A stretch of 64,000 bases of DNA from Paludibacteraceae bacterium (GTDB taxonomy: Bacteria > Bacteroidota > Bacteroidia > Bacteroidales > Paludibacteraceae). The position numbers and the translations under genes were made by a program. Numbering within the stretch: position 1 is the first letter of the stretch; the number at the start of each line of letters is the position of its first letter. Below are positions 1 through 14,487 of the stretch, in pieces. The notes under the pieces are model-generated. The model searched no databases, was not told where the DNA came from, and saw only the letters and a program-made list of their open reading frames with translations. The stretch spans positions 25,786 through 89,785 of the forward strand of contig JAFTHS010000040.1 of the NCBI GenBank assembly GCA_017457295.1. The letters run 5' to 3'.

Positions 1-146
1 TGGGGGGTAAATTTCTAAACATTTCTATTCATTAATTAATTCGTTGCAAAAGTAGTAAAAAAACACGAAAAACCAAACAAAAACCGTGCTACGAGGCAGA
101 AAAATATAAAAAATGGCAGAAAAATGACATTTTTTCTGTCAAAATG

Positions 147-177
147 TTTGCAGAATTGGAAAAATGTAGTAACTTTG
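147..177 (+). promoter_or_regulatory. Bacteroidetes-type promoter upstream of the HU gene (-33 TTTG 147-150, -7 TAACTTTG 170-177)
   Basis: Exact TTTG / TAnnTTTG match with a 19-nt spacer, about 60 nt upstream of the start codon. Confidence 0.5.
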
Positions 178-235
178 CATGCAAATCGTCGGTTCGTCGA
201 TGAGAGAAACTTAAGTTTAATTAATTAAATCATTA

Positions 236-505
236 ATGATTATGAATAAAGCAGATTTGGTAGCTGCAATTGCAGCTGAGGCTGGTTTGACAAAAGTACA
301 AGCACAAGGTGCTCTTGAGGCAACTGTAAATGCAATCGCTGGTGCTCTTCAAAAAGGTGAGAGCGTTCAATTGGTAGGTTTCGGTACTTTCTCTGTAGTT
401 GAGAAAGCTGCTCGCCAAGGCGTTAACCCTGCAACTGGTGCTAAGATTGAAATCCCTGCTAAGAAAGTAGCAAAATTCAAAGCTGGTAAAGGTTTGGCAC
501 TCTAA
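236..505 (+). CDS. hup: HU family DNA-binding protein (DNABII)
   Basis: 89-aa ORF. MNKADLVAAIA...VQLVGFGTFSVVEKAARQGVNPATGAKIEIPA is typical HU/IHF. The true start is probably the ATG at 242. Confidence 0.9.
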   Translation: MIMNKADLVAAIAAEAGLTKVQAQGALEATVNAIAGALQKGESVQLVGFGTFSVVEKAARQGVNPATGAKIEIPAKKVAKFKAGKGLAL

Positions 506-522
506 TTGGTGCGTACCCATAC

Positions 523-555
523 AACGAGTTGCTCTTTGGGGCAACTCGTTTTTGT
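523..555 (+). terminator. Rho-independent terminator after hup
   Basis: 10-bp stem aacgagttgc / gcaactcgtt with an 8-nt loop, followed by a T-run. Confidence 0.75.
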
Positions 556-615
556 GTAAAACAGACCTATACACCCCCTATCAAGATCCTTTAAACGTTT
601 AAAACTATTAAAACT

Positions 616-1191
616 ATGTTGAACATCATCCTCTGTGGTGCCCCAGGTAGTGGCAAAGGAACCCAATCCGACCTTATCGTTAAGAAATACGGACTTCAGC
701 ATCTTTCTACAGGCGATGCGCTGCGCGCCGAAATCAAGTCTGGAAGCGAACTCGGAAAGGAAATTGGCGAATTGATAGCAGGAGGCAACCTCGTACCTGA
801 CCACAAAATGATTCACCTTATCGAGCGCTATCTCGACAACTTACCTGCCGACTGCAAAGGAGTCATCTTCGATGGCTTTCCTCGTACCGTGGCTCAAGCA
901 GAAGCACTCGAACTGCTGCTCGACCGTCGCCATATGAAGGCAGTTCTTCTCGACCTCTTCGTAGAAGAAGACGAAGTCATCAAACGACTCCTCAATCGTG
1001 GCAAAACTAGCGGTCGCGCCGATGACAACTACGTCACCATCAAAAAACGTCTCCAAGTATATCAAACAGAGACCAAACCTGTTTGTACCTATTATCTCCA
1101 TCGCCACAACTATTTTGCTATCAATGGCAACTACTCGATGGAAGATACCTTCTGCCAAATTGACAACATCTTGAAACTTGCTAGTAAGTAA
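616..1191 (+). CDS. adk: Adenylate kinase
   Basis: P-loop [10 protein letters not shown] and [10 protein letters not shown]; 191 aa, short-lid form. Confidence 0.95.
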   Translation: MLNIILCGAPGSGKGTQSDLIVKKYGLQHLSTGDALRAEIKSGSELGKEIGELIAGGNLVPDHKMIHLIERYLDNLPADCKGVIFDGFPRTVAQAEALELLLDRRHMKAVLLDLFVEEDEVIKRLLNRGKTSGRADDNYVTIKKRLQVYQTETKPVCTYYLHRHNYFAINGNYSMEDTFCQIDNILKLASK

Positions 1192-1229
1192 CATACTCTC
1201 TTGATATAAACTCTCAACACGAAACGAAT

Positions 1230-2405
1230 ATGGCTTCATCCTCGTTTATCGATTATGTAAAAATCTACTGCCGCTCTGGTAAGGGGGGTGCTGGCAGTAT
1301 GCACTTCCACCGCGCGAAATATGTGCCCAAAGGAGGTCCTGATGGTGGTGATGGTGGACGAGGAGGACATATCATTCTCCGCGGTAATCGCAACCTCTGG
1401 ACATTGCTTCACCTCAAATACCAAAAGCATATCTTTGCTACCGATGGCGGTAGCGGAGGAGCTTCACGCTCTTTTGGAAAAGATGGCGAGGATAAAATCA
1501 TTGAAGTACCTTGTGGCACAGTTGTTTACAACGGAGATACGGGTGAGTTTATGTGCGAGGTAAAAGAGCACCAAGAGGAGATTATTCTCTTCCGCGGAGG
1601 AAAAGGCGGACTAGGCAACTGGCATTTCCGCACAGCCACCAACCAAGCACCGCGCTATGCACAACCAGGCGAACCATGCATGGAAGCCAATGTGATATTG
1701 CAACTCAAGGTGCTGGCGGACGTAGGTTTAGTAGGATTTCCTAATGCAGGAAAATCCACACTACTATCGGTGGTTAGCGCGGCTAAGCCCGAGATTGCTG
1801 ACTATCCGTTCACCACACTAACGCCGCAATTGGGCATCGTTTCCTATCGCGACAACCAGTCGTTCTGCATGGCAGATATCCCAGGTATCATCGAGGGAGC
1901 TGCCGAAGGAAAGGGATTAGGACTTCGTTTCTTGCGCCATATCGAACGCAATGCTGTATTGCTATTCATGGTGCCTGTAATCACCGAAGATATACAACGG
2001 GAATACGAGATTCTCCTTGCTGAGTTAGAGAAATACAACCCACAATTGCTCACCAAAGCACGCATACTAGCCATCTCCAAATGCGATATTGCTGACCCCG
2101 AGATAGATCTAGAGCAACTCACCAAACAACTTGCCGAGGAATTGGAGATTCCTGTTATCACTTTCTCCTCCGCAAGTGGTATGGGTATTACCGAACTCAA
2201 AGATATGCTCTGGGAAGAACTCAACAAAGAGCAAAATCAAGTCATTGATATCTCGCATGCTCCGATTGAAGTCAAAGTCATTGAGCGTGATGACGATGAT
2301 GATATGGACGACGATGACGAGCCACACACCATCTACCTCAACGAAGTAGAAGAGGAGTGGGATCTTGACAAATATCGAGGAATAGGTTGGGACACTCAAG
2401 AGTAG
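1230..2405 (+). CDS. obg: GTPase Obg/CgtA
   Basis: Glycine-rich Obg fold ([14 protein letters not shown]), G1 [10 protein letters not shown]3 DIPG, acidic C-terminal tail. Confidence 0.95.
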   Translation: MASSSFIDYVKIYCRSGKGGAGSMHFHRAKYVPKGGPDGGDGGRGGHIILRGNRNLWTLLHLKYQKHIFATDGGSGGASRSFGKDGEDKIIEVPCGTVVYNGDTGEFMCEVKEHQEEIILFRGGKGGLGNWHFRTATNQAPRYAQPGEPCMEANVILQLKVLADVGLVGFPNAGKSTLLSVVSAAKPEIADYPFTTLTPQLGIVSYRDNQSFCMADIPGIIEGAAEGKGLGLRFLRHIERNAVLLFMVPVITEDIQREYEILLAELEKYNPQLLTKARILAISKCDIADPEIDLEQLTKQLAEELEIPVITFSSASGMGITELKDMLWEELNKEQNQVIDISHAPIEVKVIERDDDDDMDDDDEPHTIYLNEVEEEWDLDKYRGIGWDTQE

Positions 2406-2447
2406 CAAAATTTTGAATGATAAATTAGGTATTAATGGTCTGCAGTT

Positions 2448-4223
2448 TTGAATTCGAAATTCACATATGATCAGTTTATCGCTTGGCGCGAGCAGCATAT
2501 CCCACAAAAGAACTTAGTATTGATTCTCAGTTTCTTTGTGGGAGCGTTGTCCTCATGCGCAGCACAAGTGCTCAAACTAATGATTCATGGCATTCAGCAT
2601 CTGGTAGAGCACTACCTCATCGAGCAACACCATTGGTGGTATCTTATCACTCCAATGATAGGTATCACACTGGCGGGACTATTCGTCAAATACGTAGTTA
2701 AAGACGACATCTCGCATGGTATTACCAAAATTCTCTATGCCATCTCACAACGTAAATCCATTATCAAGCTGCACAATACATGGTCTTCCCTCGTTGGCTC
2801 TGCACTCACCATCGGATTCGGTGGCTCTGTAGGAGCTGAGGCACCTATCGTATTGACAGGTTCGGCTATCGGTAGCAATCTGGCCAAGCTTTTCCGCCTC
2901 GACCAAAAAACCATGATGCTCATGATTGGTTGCGGTGCCGCAGGTGCGGTAGGTGGTATCTTCCAAGCACCTATTGCGGGCCTAGTCTTCACCCTTGAGG
3001 TACTGATGATGGACCTAACAATGACCTCCGTCGCACCATTGCTTATCTCCTCTGTCACCGCTACTGCCATATCATTCGTAGCCAACGGACAAGAGGCCAT
3101 GTTCCCACTCACCAATAGCGAACCATTCTTCGTAGAGCGATTGCCATGGTACCTCATTCTGGGTGTGATGTGTGGATTAGTCTCCTTGTATTTCACACGA
3201 GGAATGAACCGATTAGAGCAACTCTTCAAACGCCATGTGCAGAATACGTGGGCGAAATTCCTAGTCGGAGGAGCTGTACTTGGATTATTGCTATTCCTCT
3301 TCCCACCACTCTATGGCGAAGGATACGATGTCATCAAACAGCTGATCAATGGTGATTCTGTGTCTGCCATTACCAATAGTCCTTTCGAACAGTTAGGCAC
3401 CAGCTCATGGGTACTGATTGGCTATTTCGTAGCCATTCTACTGCTGAAGATTTTCGCATCAGTAGCCACCAATGGCGGTGGAGGAGTAGGAGGTATTTTC
3501 GCGCCTTCACTATTTATGGGAGCTATTATTGGATTTATTTGCGCCCGCCTGATGAATATCATCGGCATAGGCGTACCAGAATCCAATTTTGCATTGGCTG
3601 GCATGTCAGGACTGATGGCAGGCGTAATGCATGCGCCATTGACTGGCATTTTCCTCATAGCCGAGCTCACTGGTGGCTACCACCTCTTTATGCCACTAAT
3701 GACCGTAGCGGTAACATCATTCCTCACCATCAAGATTTTCGAACCTCATAGCTTGTATGCTATGCGTTTGGCACAAAAAGGCGAACTGCTTACCCACAAC
3801 AAAGACCGCTCTGTGCTCACACTCATGAAGATGGAGAACGTGCTGGAAACCGACCTAATGACCCTGCATCCAGACATGAGTTTGGGCGAATTGGTAAAGG
3901 TGATTGCGCAAAGCAAACGCAATATCTTCCCCGTAGTAGATACTGATGGCAGATTACTAGGAATACTATTGCTAGACGAGGTGCGCAACATCATGTTCCA
4001 ACCGCGACTATACAAACGCTTCACCGTCAAACAACTCATGAACTCGCCACAAGCCATATTGATGGACAATATGTCCATGGGCAAGGTGATGGAGATTTTC
4101 GAGGATACTGGTGCTTGGAACCTACCCGTAGTGGATGACCACAAACGCTATCTAGGTTTCGTTAGCAAGTCTAAAATCTTCAACTCCTATCGACACGTAT
4201 TAGTACATTTCTCCGAAGAATAG
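2448..4223 (+). CDS. ClC family voltage-gated chloride channel / H+-Cl- antiporter with C-terminal CBS pair
   Basis: Polytopic protein with ClC motifs GSVGAEAP and GGIFAPSL, plus CBS-like repeats at the C-terminus. TTG start inferred because there is no in-frame ATG upstream of the conserved N-terminus. Confidence 0.85.
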   Translation: MNSKFTYDQFIAWREQHIPQKNLVLILSFFVGALSSCAAQVLKLMIHGIQHLVEHYLIEQHHWWYLITPMIGITLAGLFVKYVVKDDISHGITKILYAISQRKSIIKLHNTWSSLVGSALTIGFGGSVGAEAPIVLTGSAIGSNLAKLFRLDQKTMMLMIGCGAAGAVGGIFQAPIAGLVFTLEVLMMDLTMTSVAPLLISSVTATAISFVANGQEAMFPLTNSEPFFVERLPWYLILGVMCGLVSLYFTRGMNRLEQLFKRHVQNTWAKFLVGGAVLGLLLFLFPPLYGEGYDVIKQLINGDSVSAITNSPFEQLGTSSWVLIGYFVAILLLKIFASVATNGGGGVGGIFAPSLFMGAIIGFICARLMNIIGIGVPESNFALAGMSGLMAGVMHAPLTGIFLIAELTGGYHLFMPLMTVAVTSFLTIKIFEPHSLYAMRLAQKGELLTHNKDRSVLTLMKMENVLETDLMTLHPDMSLGELVKVIAQSKRNIFPVVDTDGRLLGILLLDEVRNIMFQPRLYKRFTVKQLMNSPQAILMDNMSMGKVMEIFEDTGAWNLPVVDDHKRYLGFVSKSKIFNSYRHVLVHFSEE

Positions 4224-4231
4224 AATCACAT

Positions 4232-7868
<3,637 letters not shown>

Positions 7869-7881
7869 TACAACTACGAAT

Positions 7882-8334
7882 ATGAAATTTCAACAAACGA
7901 TATTTGATTTCTTTCACAAGCGACAACCCAAGCGCGAAGTGATAATGCATCGGTGGGAAGATGTGCGAAGCGTAGCCATCATTTCCGATAATAGTACCAT
8001 CGACCATATTGTACATACTATCACCAAAGATGCACGCTCAGTGGACGTATTTCTACTACCCAACAAGAAAGATGTTTGTACGCTCACAGGACGCCCAAAA
8101 TCGGCTATACGCGAGGCTCTGACAGCACGTCAGTACGACTTGCTCATCGACCTCACACAACAGCCATCCATCACGCTCCAATATATGGCCATGTACGTCC
8201 GCGCTGACTTTAAGACTGGACGACATATCTGCGATGGTATTCACGACATGACTATAGATACTCCCGCACAAAGCACACCCGATTACCTATTCGAACAAAT
8301 AGTACGGTATATCAACATGTTTACTCAGAAATAG
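7882..8334 (+). CDS. Hypothetical protein (conserved Bacteroidetes-type small cytoplasmic protein)
   Basis: 150-aa ORF filling the gap between ligA and tsaD. No motif recognised. Confidence 0.5.
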   Translation: MKFQQTIFDFFHKRQPKREVIMHRWEDVRSVAIISDNSTIDHIVHTITKDARSVDVFLLPNKKDVCTLTGRPKSAIREALTARQYDLLIDLTQQPSITLQYMAMYVRADFKTGRHICDGIHDMTIDTPAQSTPDYLFEQIVRYINMFTQK

Positions 8335-8339
8335 TCCAC

Positions 8340-9365
8340 ATGGAAAACAAGATTATATTAGCCATAGAATCCAGTTGTGACGACACTTCTGCCGCAGTGA
8401 TTCGCGATGGAGTGCTACTGAGCAATGTGACCGCTTCGCAAGGCGTGCACGAAGAGTTTGGTGGCGTAGTACCAGAGTTGGCAAGTCGAGCACATCAGTT
8501 GAATATTATGCCCGTAGTGGATGCTGCACTGAAGCGCGCTGGAGTGGTGAGCAATGAGCTGAGCGCAATCGCATTCACTCGTGGCCCTGGCTTGTTAGGA
8601 AGTCTATTAGTAGGCGTCAGCTTTGCCAAAGGATTGGCTCTTGCACTGAATATCCCTCTGGTAGAGGTAAATCACCTGCAAGCGCACATATTAGCCCACT
8701 TCATCACTCCTACAGAAGGCAGAACTTCTCCAGCACCCACGTTCCCATTTCTCTGCTTGCTTGTCAGTGGAGGCAATAGTCAGATAGTGTTGGTCAAGTC
8801 GTACAATGAGATGGAAATCATAGGGCAAACAATAGACGACGCTGCAGGCGAGGCCTTTGATAAGTGTGCCAAAATTATGGGACTACCCTATCCTGGTGGC
8901 CCATGGATTGACCGCCTTGCCAAGGAAGGCAATGCCGAAGCATTTCAATTTGCCAAACCAAACATTGCAGGATACAACTATTCGTTCTCTGGATTAAAGA
9001 CATCATTCCTCTATTTCCTCCGCGACCATCTGAAGGAAAACCCAAACTTTATCGAAGAAAACAAAGCAGACCTTTGCGCATCATTGCAAAAGACAATCAT
9101 TGATATACTTATCAATAAGCTGAAACGTGCTGCCAAAGACCTCAAAATAAACGAAATCGCAGTGGCTGGCGGGGTAAGTGCCAATAGCGGACTTCGCGAT
9201 GCATTGCAGGATTTAGGTCGCCGCCATCGTTGGAAAGTGCATATTCCGCCATTCTCCTATACCACCGATAATGCAGCTATGGTATGCCAAGCAGGATATT
9301 TTAAATACCTAGAGGGCGAGTTCTGCCCTATGGACGCAGCGCCTTATGCAAAAACTAAGATTTGA
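8340..9365 (+). CDS. tsaD: tRNA N6-adenosine threonylcarbamoyltransferase
   Basis: Kae1/TsaD/Gcp family: ILAIESSCDDTSAAV, VNHLQAHI, GGVSAN. Confidence 0.95.
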   Translation: MENKIILAIESSCDDTSAAVIRDGVLLSNVTASQGVHEEFGGVVPELASRAHQLNIMPVVDAALKRAGVVSNELSAIAFTRGPGLLGSLLVGVSFAKGLALALNIPLVEVNHLQAHILAHFITPTEGRTSPAPTFPFLCLLVSGGNSQIVLVKSYNEMEIIGQTIDDAAGEAFDKCAKIMGLPYPGGPWIDRLAKEGNAEAFQFAKPNIAGYNYSFSGLKTSFLYFLRDHLKENPNFIEENKADLCASLQKTIIDILINKLKRAAKDLKINEIAVAGGVSANSGLRDALQDLGRRHRWKVHIPPFSYTTDNAAMVCQAGYFKYLEGEFCPMDAAPYAKTKI

Positions 9366-9903
9366 CATATTAAAACCCTACACCGACATCATCCTATTTG
9401 TAGTGGCATTGTTGGCAGCGAACTATTTCTGGAAGTTCACCGTGTTGGGAGATGAAAGTGGCATACAAGTCACATGGTTTGGTATGGACATCACTCGTCC
9501 GTTTGATATTATGGCAACCCATATTGCCAATGCCGCATATTGGCTGATTCATCTCACACGCGATACCATATTCCTTTATCCCGACAATGTGCTATGGTTC
9601 ACTTCTGATTCTAGTGTGCGCATCGTATGGAGTTGTACGGGACTCAAGCAATCCTTCATTTGGATTATCATCATGCTAGTCGCACGAGGACAATGGAAAC
9701 ACAAATTATGGTTTATTCCGTTAGGCCTCGTATGTGCCTATATATTCAATATACTGCGCATCACCCTGATTGCTATGGCCATTGAGCATCACCCCGAATG
9801 GTTTGATTTCTTGCATGAGTACCTTTTCAAGTACCTCTTCTACGGCATGCTCTTCTGCCTATGGCTCTGGTGGACACACCGAATAGCGAAATCTGCCTCT
9901 TAA
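9346..9903 (+). CDS. Exosortase/archaeosortase family protein (XrtF-like)
   Basis: 185-aa polytopic protein with Cys/Arg/His motifs in exosortase order: WSCTGLK, NILRITLIAM, HEYLF. Overlaps the tsaD end by 20 nt. Confidence 0.55.
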   Translation: MQKLRFDILKPYTDIILFVVALLAANYFWKFTVLGDESGIQVTWFGMDITRPFDIMATHIANAAYWLIHLTRDTIFLYPDNVLWFTSDSSVRIVWSCTGLKQSFIWIIIMLVARGQWKHKLWFIPLGLVCAYIFNILRITLIAMAIEHHPEWFDFLHEYLFKYLFYGMLFCLWLWWTHRIAKSAS

Positions 9904-9947
9904 CACTTTAAGAACTCTTAAAACTTTTTAACCTATAAACACACACC

Positions 9948-11324
9948 ATGGAATTACCTTTTGCTGAATCGTGGAAAATCAAGATGGTAGAACCCATCCG
10001 CAAATCCACCCGCGCAGAGCGCGAACAATGGCTGAAAGAAGCCAAGAACAACATCTTTATGCTCCGCAGCGAGCAAGTGTATATCGACCTTCTGACCGAC
10101 TCGGGTACAGGCGCCATGTCTGACCGCCAATGGGCAGCACTGATGCTCGGCGATGAGAGTTATTCGGGCAGTAAGTCTTTCTTCGAACTCAAAGACACCA
10201 TCACCCGCATCACTGGTTTCAACTATGTCATTCCTACTCACCAAGGTCGTGCAGCAGAGAATGTGCTCTTCTCTCACCTTGTACGTGAGGGACAAGTAAT
10301 CCCTGGCAATGCGCACTTTGATACCACCAAAGGCCATATTGAGGCACGCCGTGCTCATGCGATTGACGTGACTATCAAAGAGGCGAAAGATACCCAATTG
10401 GAGATTCCTTTCAAGGGTAATGTGGATCTCGAGCACCTCGAGCAACTCCTCAAGGATAACCCTGGCAATGTACCATTCATGGTACTCACTGTCACCAACA
10501 ACACCGTAGGTGGACAACCCGTATCTATGAAGAATATCCGCGAGACATGCGAGCTCTGCCACAAGTATGGTGTGCCTGTGAATATGGACTCGGCTCGCTT
10601 TGCTGAGAATGCATACTTCATCAAGACCCGCGAGGAGGGCTATGCCGACAAGACCATCCAAGAGATTGCCAAGGAGATGTTCTCTTATGCTGATAGCATG
10701 ACTATGTCTGCCAAGAAAGACGGTATCGTGAATATGGGTGGTTTTATCGCTACCAACCGCGAGGACTGGTACGAGGGTTGCAAACGCTACTGTATCCCAT
10801 ACGAGGGCTTTATCACCTATGGTGGTATGAACGGTCGCGATATGGCGGCATTGGCAGTGGGCTTGGAAGAGAACACCCAATTCGACATGCTGCAAACGCG
10901 TATCCACCAAGTGGAGTACCTGGCTCAGTTGCTCGATGAGTATGGCATCCCATACCAACGCCCTGCTGGCGGTCACGCTATCTTTGTGGATGCGGATAAG
11001 GTATTGACCCATGTGCCAATTGAGGAGTTCCCTGCTCAGACATTGACTTGCGAGCTCTACCTGGAGGCAGGTATCCGTGCTTGCGAGATTGGTTATATAT
11101 TGGCTGACCGCGACCCTATTACCCGTGAGAACCGCTTTGGTGGTTTGGACTTGGTTCGCCTCTGTATCCCTCGCCGCGTATATACCGACAACCATATGAA
11201 GGTCATTGCTGCTGCACTCAAGAATGTGTATGACCGTCGTGAAACCATCACCCGCGGTTTGGCTATTACGAAAGAGGCTCCGCTGATGCGCCACTTCACC
11301 GTAGAGTTGGAGCGTCTGGGATAA
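9948..11324 (+). CDS. tnaA: Tryptophanase / beta-eliminating lyase (PLP-dependent)
   Basis: YIDLLTDSGTGAMS, DSARFAENAYFIK and PLP-lysine motif MSAKKDG. Family certain; tryptophan versus tyrosine specificity not decidable by eye. Confidence 0.8.
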   Translation: MELPFAESWKIKMVEPIRKSTRAEREQWLKEAKNNIFMLRSEQVYIDLLTDSGTGAMSDRQWAALMLGDESYSGSKSFFELKDTITRITGFNYVIPTHQGRAAENVLFSHLVREGQVIPGNAHFDTTKGHIEARRAHAIDVTIKEAKDTQLEIPFKGNVDLEHLEQLLKDNPGNVPFMVLTVTNNTVGGQPVSMKNIRETCELCHKYGVPVNMDSARFAENAYFIKTREEGYADKTIQEIAKEMFSYADSMTMSAKKDGIVNMGGFIATNREDWYEGCKRYCIPYEGFITYGGMNGRDMAALAVGLEENTQFDMLQTRIHQVEYLAQLLDEYGIPYQRPAGGHAIFVDADKVLTHVPIEEFPAQTLTCELYLEAGIRACEIGYILADRDPITRENRFGGLDLVRLCIPRRVYTDNHMKVIAAALKNVYDRRETITRGLAITKEAPLMRHFTVELERLG

Positions 11325-11354
11325 TCTCAACTGTGCAGAAACACGATAATAGAA

Positions 11355-11383
11355 AAAGCGTCAGGATTGAACCCTGACGCTTT
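11355..11383. terminator. Bidirectional hairpin between the convergent tnaA and chorismate mutase genes
   Basis: 11-bp stem aaagcgtcagg / cctgacgcttt. The right arm overlaps the last codons of the minus-strand gene. Confidence 0.55.
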
Positions 11384-11621
11384 CTTTATGCAATGCATCC
11401 ATCACTTCGCGGACGGTATCTTCGCTTATGCCCTTTTCCCTACCCCATTGCAGGCATTGGTCAAGCACCTGCTGGTAGCGGTTGGATTGTAGCACTGGCT
11501 CACCGTGGGTATGTTTCCACTCGCCTATCTCACGAGCGATATCCATACGCTGTGCAATGATCTCCCACAAGTGTTTGTCCAAGTGGTCGATCTCTGCGCG
11601 AAGTGAAGATAGATCTTTCAT
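11361..11621 (-). CDS. Chorismate mutase (AroQ class, type II)
   Basis: 86 aa. LRAEIDHLDKHLWEIIAQRMDIAREIGEWK is typical of the CM_2 helical-bundle family. Start overlaps the valS stop (TAATG). Confidence 0.8.
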   Translation of the reverse strand: MKDLSSLRAEIDHLDKHLWEIIAQRMDIAREIGEWKHTHGEPVLQSNRYQQVLDQCLQWGREKGISEDTVREVMDALHKESVRVQS

Positions 11622-14314
11622 TACTTCAATGCCGCAATGGCCTCTTTGAGTGTAGCGATACGTGTCTCTGCATCGGCTTTCTTCTTGCGCTCAAGCTCTA
11701 CGATCTCTGGTTTGGCGTTTTGAACGAATCGTTCGTTGCTCAGTTTGCCCATTACACCGCGGAGGAAGCCCTCTTGGTGTGCCAACTCGGCCTCGAGTTT
11801 CTTGAGTTCGTCTTCCACATTGATGAACTTCTCCAATGGTACGCTATACTCGGTGGTACCGATGATGAAAGATGCACTACCAGCACTCTTCTCTGCGCCA
11901 ATAGCCAACTCCACATTCGCCAATTTCACTACTACCGCAGGCAATGCCTCTGGGCAAACCAGGGTGAGTACCTCCTTAGGAGAGATATTCTTTTGTGCAC
12001 GGATATTGCGGATAGCAGAGATGATATCGAAGCATTGTGTGGCGTTGTTGAGCAGTTGTGTAGTGTTGTGTAGCGGTTGTGTAGTGTTGAGTGGAGAAAC
12101 CATGAGTGATTCGCCTGGTTTGCGCTCCTCAATAGCTTGCCACAACTCTTCGGTGATGAATGGCATGAATGGGTGGAGGAGTTTGAGCATGGTATCCATG
12201 AATTGGATGGTTTGCTCGTAGGTAGCGCGATCGATTGGTTGACCGTATGCAGGTTTAATGATCTCGAGGTACCAGCCAGAGAAGTCATCGCAATAGAGTT
12301 TGTAGATAGCCATGAGGGCTTCGCTGAGGCGGTATTTGCTGAATAGGTCAGCCACCTCGTCTTGTGCTTTTTCCAATACAGCTTTAAACCAATTGATACC
12401 CCATTGGTTGGTTTGCGGCATATCAGCATCGGCTACTTCCCAGCCCTTGATGAGGCGGAAGCAGTTCCAAATCTTGTTACAGAAGTTGCGTCCTTGCTCG
12501 CAGAGGCTGTCGTCAAACAAGATATCATTGCCCGCAGGAGCGCAGAGCATCATACCCATACGCACACCGTCGGCACCAAAGCGTTCGATGAGATCCAGTG
12601 GGTCAGGGCTGTTACCCAATGACTTGGACATCTTGCGGCCGAGTTTGTCGCGCACGATACCTGTGAAATATACATGACGGAATGGCATCTTGCCGATATA
12701 TTCATATCCCGCCATGATCATACGTGCTACCCAGAAGAAGATGATATCTGGACCCGTTACGAGGTCGGCAGTTGGATAGTAATAGTTGATCTCGTCGTTG
12801 CCAGGGTTGTTGATGCCATCAAAGAGACTGATTGGCCAGAGCCATGATGAGAACCATGTGTCGAGTGCGCCTTCGTCTTGTACCAATGCATCGATGCTCA
12901 AGCCCGATTTCTCGGCAGCTGCTTCGATGTTTGGTGCTACGATGATCTTATCCTCAGGATAGTTCTCAGCACCTGTCTCAGCGAGCAGTGCTTTCTCGTA
13001 GTATGCAGGGATACGGTGTCCCCACCAGAGTTGGCGAGAGATACACCAGTCTTTGATATTCTCGAGCCAGTTGCGGTAGGTGTTTTTGTATTTTGTTGGA
13101 TAGAAGACGATGTCGTCGTTCATTACTGGTGGCAAGGCGATGTCAGCAAAGTGTTGCATGCGGATGAACCATTGCAAGCTGAGGCGTGGTTCGATAGGCA
13201 CATTGGTACGCTCTGAGTAGCCGACCTTGTTGTTGTAGGCTTCCACTTTCTCCACGAGTCCTTCGGCTTGGAGATCGATAACGATTTGCTTGCGGCAGTC
13301 GAATCGTTCCATGCCTTGGTAGGCAGCTACATTAGGATAGATGTCAGCCTCCAATCCCTCGACATTCACATGGGCGTCGGCGGTGAAGATGTCGTAGGTG
13401 GTGAGGTCGTATTTTTGTCCGAGTGCATAGTCGTTCACGTCGTGTGCAGGGGTTACTTTCAAGCAACCTGTACCAAACTCAATCTCCACATAGCGGTCCT
13501 CGATGACAGGGATCACTCGTCCTACTTTAGGAACGATGACGTGCTTGCCTTTGAGCCATTGGTTCTTAGGGTCTTTTGGATTGATACACATGGCCACGTC
13601 GCCCATGATAGTCTCAGGACGGGTAGTAGCCACTACGGCGTAGTAACCTTTCTCGTCTTGGTGGATGACATTGCCCTCTGCGTTTGCCTCGTCGCCTACA
13701 GGCTCTACTACGTAGTACTTCATGTAGTAGAGTTTGGAGTGTTCCTCTTGGTAGATCACCTCCTCGTCGGATAGTGCAGTTTGGCGCTCTGGATCCCAGT
13801 TCACCATGCGCAAGCCTCGGTAGATGAGTCCTTTGTTGTAGAGGTCGCAGAATACATCAATCACGGCTTTGGAGCGTGTCTCGTCCATGGTGAAGGCGGT
13901 GCGGTCCCAGTCGCACGAGCAGCCGAGTGTGCGCAATTGCTTGAGGATGATGCCTCCGTGCTCGTCTGTCCATGCCCATGCGTGTTTGAGGAACTCTTCG
14001 CGTGTGAGGTCGCTCTTGTTGATGCCTTGCTCTTTGAGTCGTTTGATAACCTTGGCTTCTGTAGCGATAGAGGCGTGGTCGGTACCAGGTGCCCAGCAAG
14101 CATTCTTACCCTCGAGGCGTGCGCGACGGACGAGGATGTCCTGGATGGTGTTGTTGAGTACGTGTCCCATGTGCAGTACGCCTGTCACGTTTGGTGGAGG
14201 TATGACAACGGTGTATGCCTCACGCTGGTCGGGTGTACTGTGGAATAGTTTGTTGTCTTGCCAATATTGATACCATTTGGCTTCGATGTCTGTTGGATTG
14301 TATTTTGCGTCCAT
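11621..14314 (-). CDS. valS: Valine--tRNA ligase
   Basis: [13 protein letters not shown] (HIGH), KMSKSLGN (KMSKS), C-terminal coiled coil; 897 aa. Confidence 0.97.
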   Translation of the reverse strand: MDAKYNPTDIEAKWYQYWQDNKLFHSTPDQREAYTVVIPPPNVTGVLHMGHVLNNTIQDILVRRARLEGKNACWAPGTDHASIATEAKVIKRLKEQGINKSDLTREEFLKHAWAWTDEHGGIILKQLRTLGCSCDWDRTAFTMDETRSKAVIDVFCDLYNKGLIYRGLRMVNWDPERQTALSDEEVIYQEEHSKLYYMKYYVVEPVGDEANAEGNVIHQDEKGYYAVVATTRPETIMGDVAMCINPKDPKNQWLKGKHVIVPKVGRVIPVIEDRYVEIEFGTGCLKVTPAHDVNDYALGQKYDLTTYDIFTADAHVNVEGLEADIYPNVAAYQGMERFDCRKQIVIDLQAEGLVEKVEAYNNKVGYSERTNVPIEPRLSLQWFIRMQHFADIALPPVMNDDIVFYPTKYKNTYRNWLENIKDWCISRQLWWGHRIPAYYEKALLAETGAENYPEDKIIVAPNIEAAAEKSGLSIDALVQDEGALDTWFSSWLWPISLFDGINNPGNDEINYYYPTADLVTGPDIIFFWVARMIMAGYEYIGKMPFRHVYFTGIVRDKLGRKMSKSLGNSPDPLDLIERFGADGVRMGMMLCAPAGNDILFDDSLCEQGRNFCNKIWNCFRLIKGWEVADADMPQTNQWGINWFKAVLEKAQDEVADLFSKYRLSEALMAIYKLYCDDFSGWYLEIIKPAYGQPIDRATYEQTIQFMDTMLKLLHPFMPFITEELWQAIEERKPGESLMVSPLNTTQPLHNTTQLLNNATQCFDIISAIRNIRAQKNISPKEVLTLVCPEALPAVVVKLANVELAIGAEKSAGSASFIIGTTEYSVPLEKFINVEDELKKLEAELAHQEGFLRGVMGKLSNERFVQNAKPEIVELERKKKADAETRIATLKEAIAALK

Positions 14315-14426
14315 ATATTCAAGCCCTTAGGGCTGTTTAAAAGGTTTTTATAGTTTCAACGTTTCAATCGGGTCCATGCATATAAAACATATAACACCAA
14401 AAAAATCGTGCAAAGGTACAACAAAA

Positions 14427-14458
14427 TTTGCAAATTTGCAAAAAAAGCAGTACTTTTG
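14427..14458 (+). promoter_or_regulatory. Bacteroidetes-type promoter upstream of lepB (-33 TTTG, -7 TACTTTTG)
   Basis: TTTG at 14427-14430 and TAnnTTTG at 14451-14458, 30 nt before the start codon. Confidence 0.5.
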
Positions 14459-14487
14459 CATGATTTTTTGGTATTAAAACACTACAT

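Noticed and set aside
9954-11330. 458-aa ORF on the minus strand, exactly co-extensive with tnaA
   Set aside because: It is a shadow ORF. The plus-strand product has unambiguous beta-eliminating lyase motifs (SAKKDG, DSARFAENAYFIK). The antisense product is a low-complexity L/H/V/R-rich string with no motif. Long antisense frames are expected opposite genes with this codon bias.
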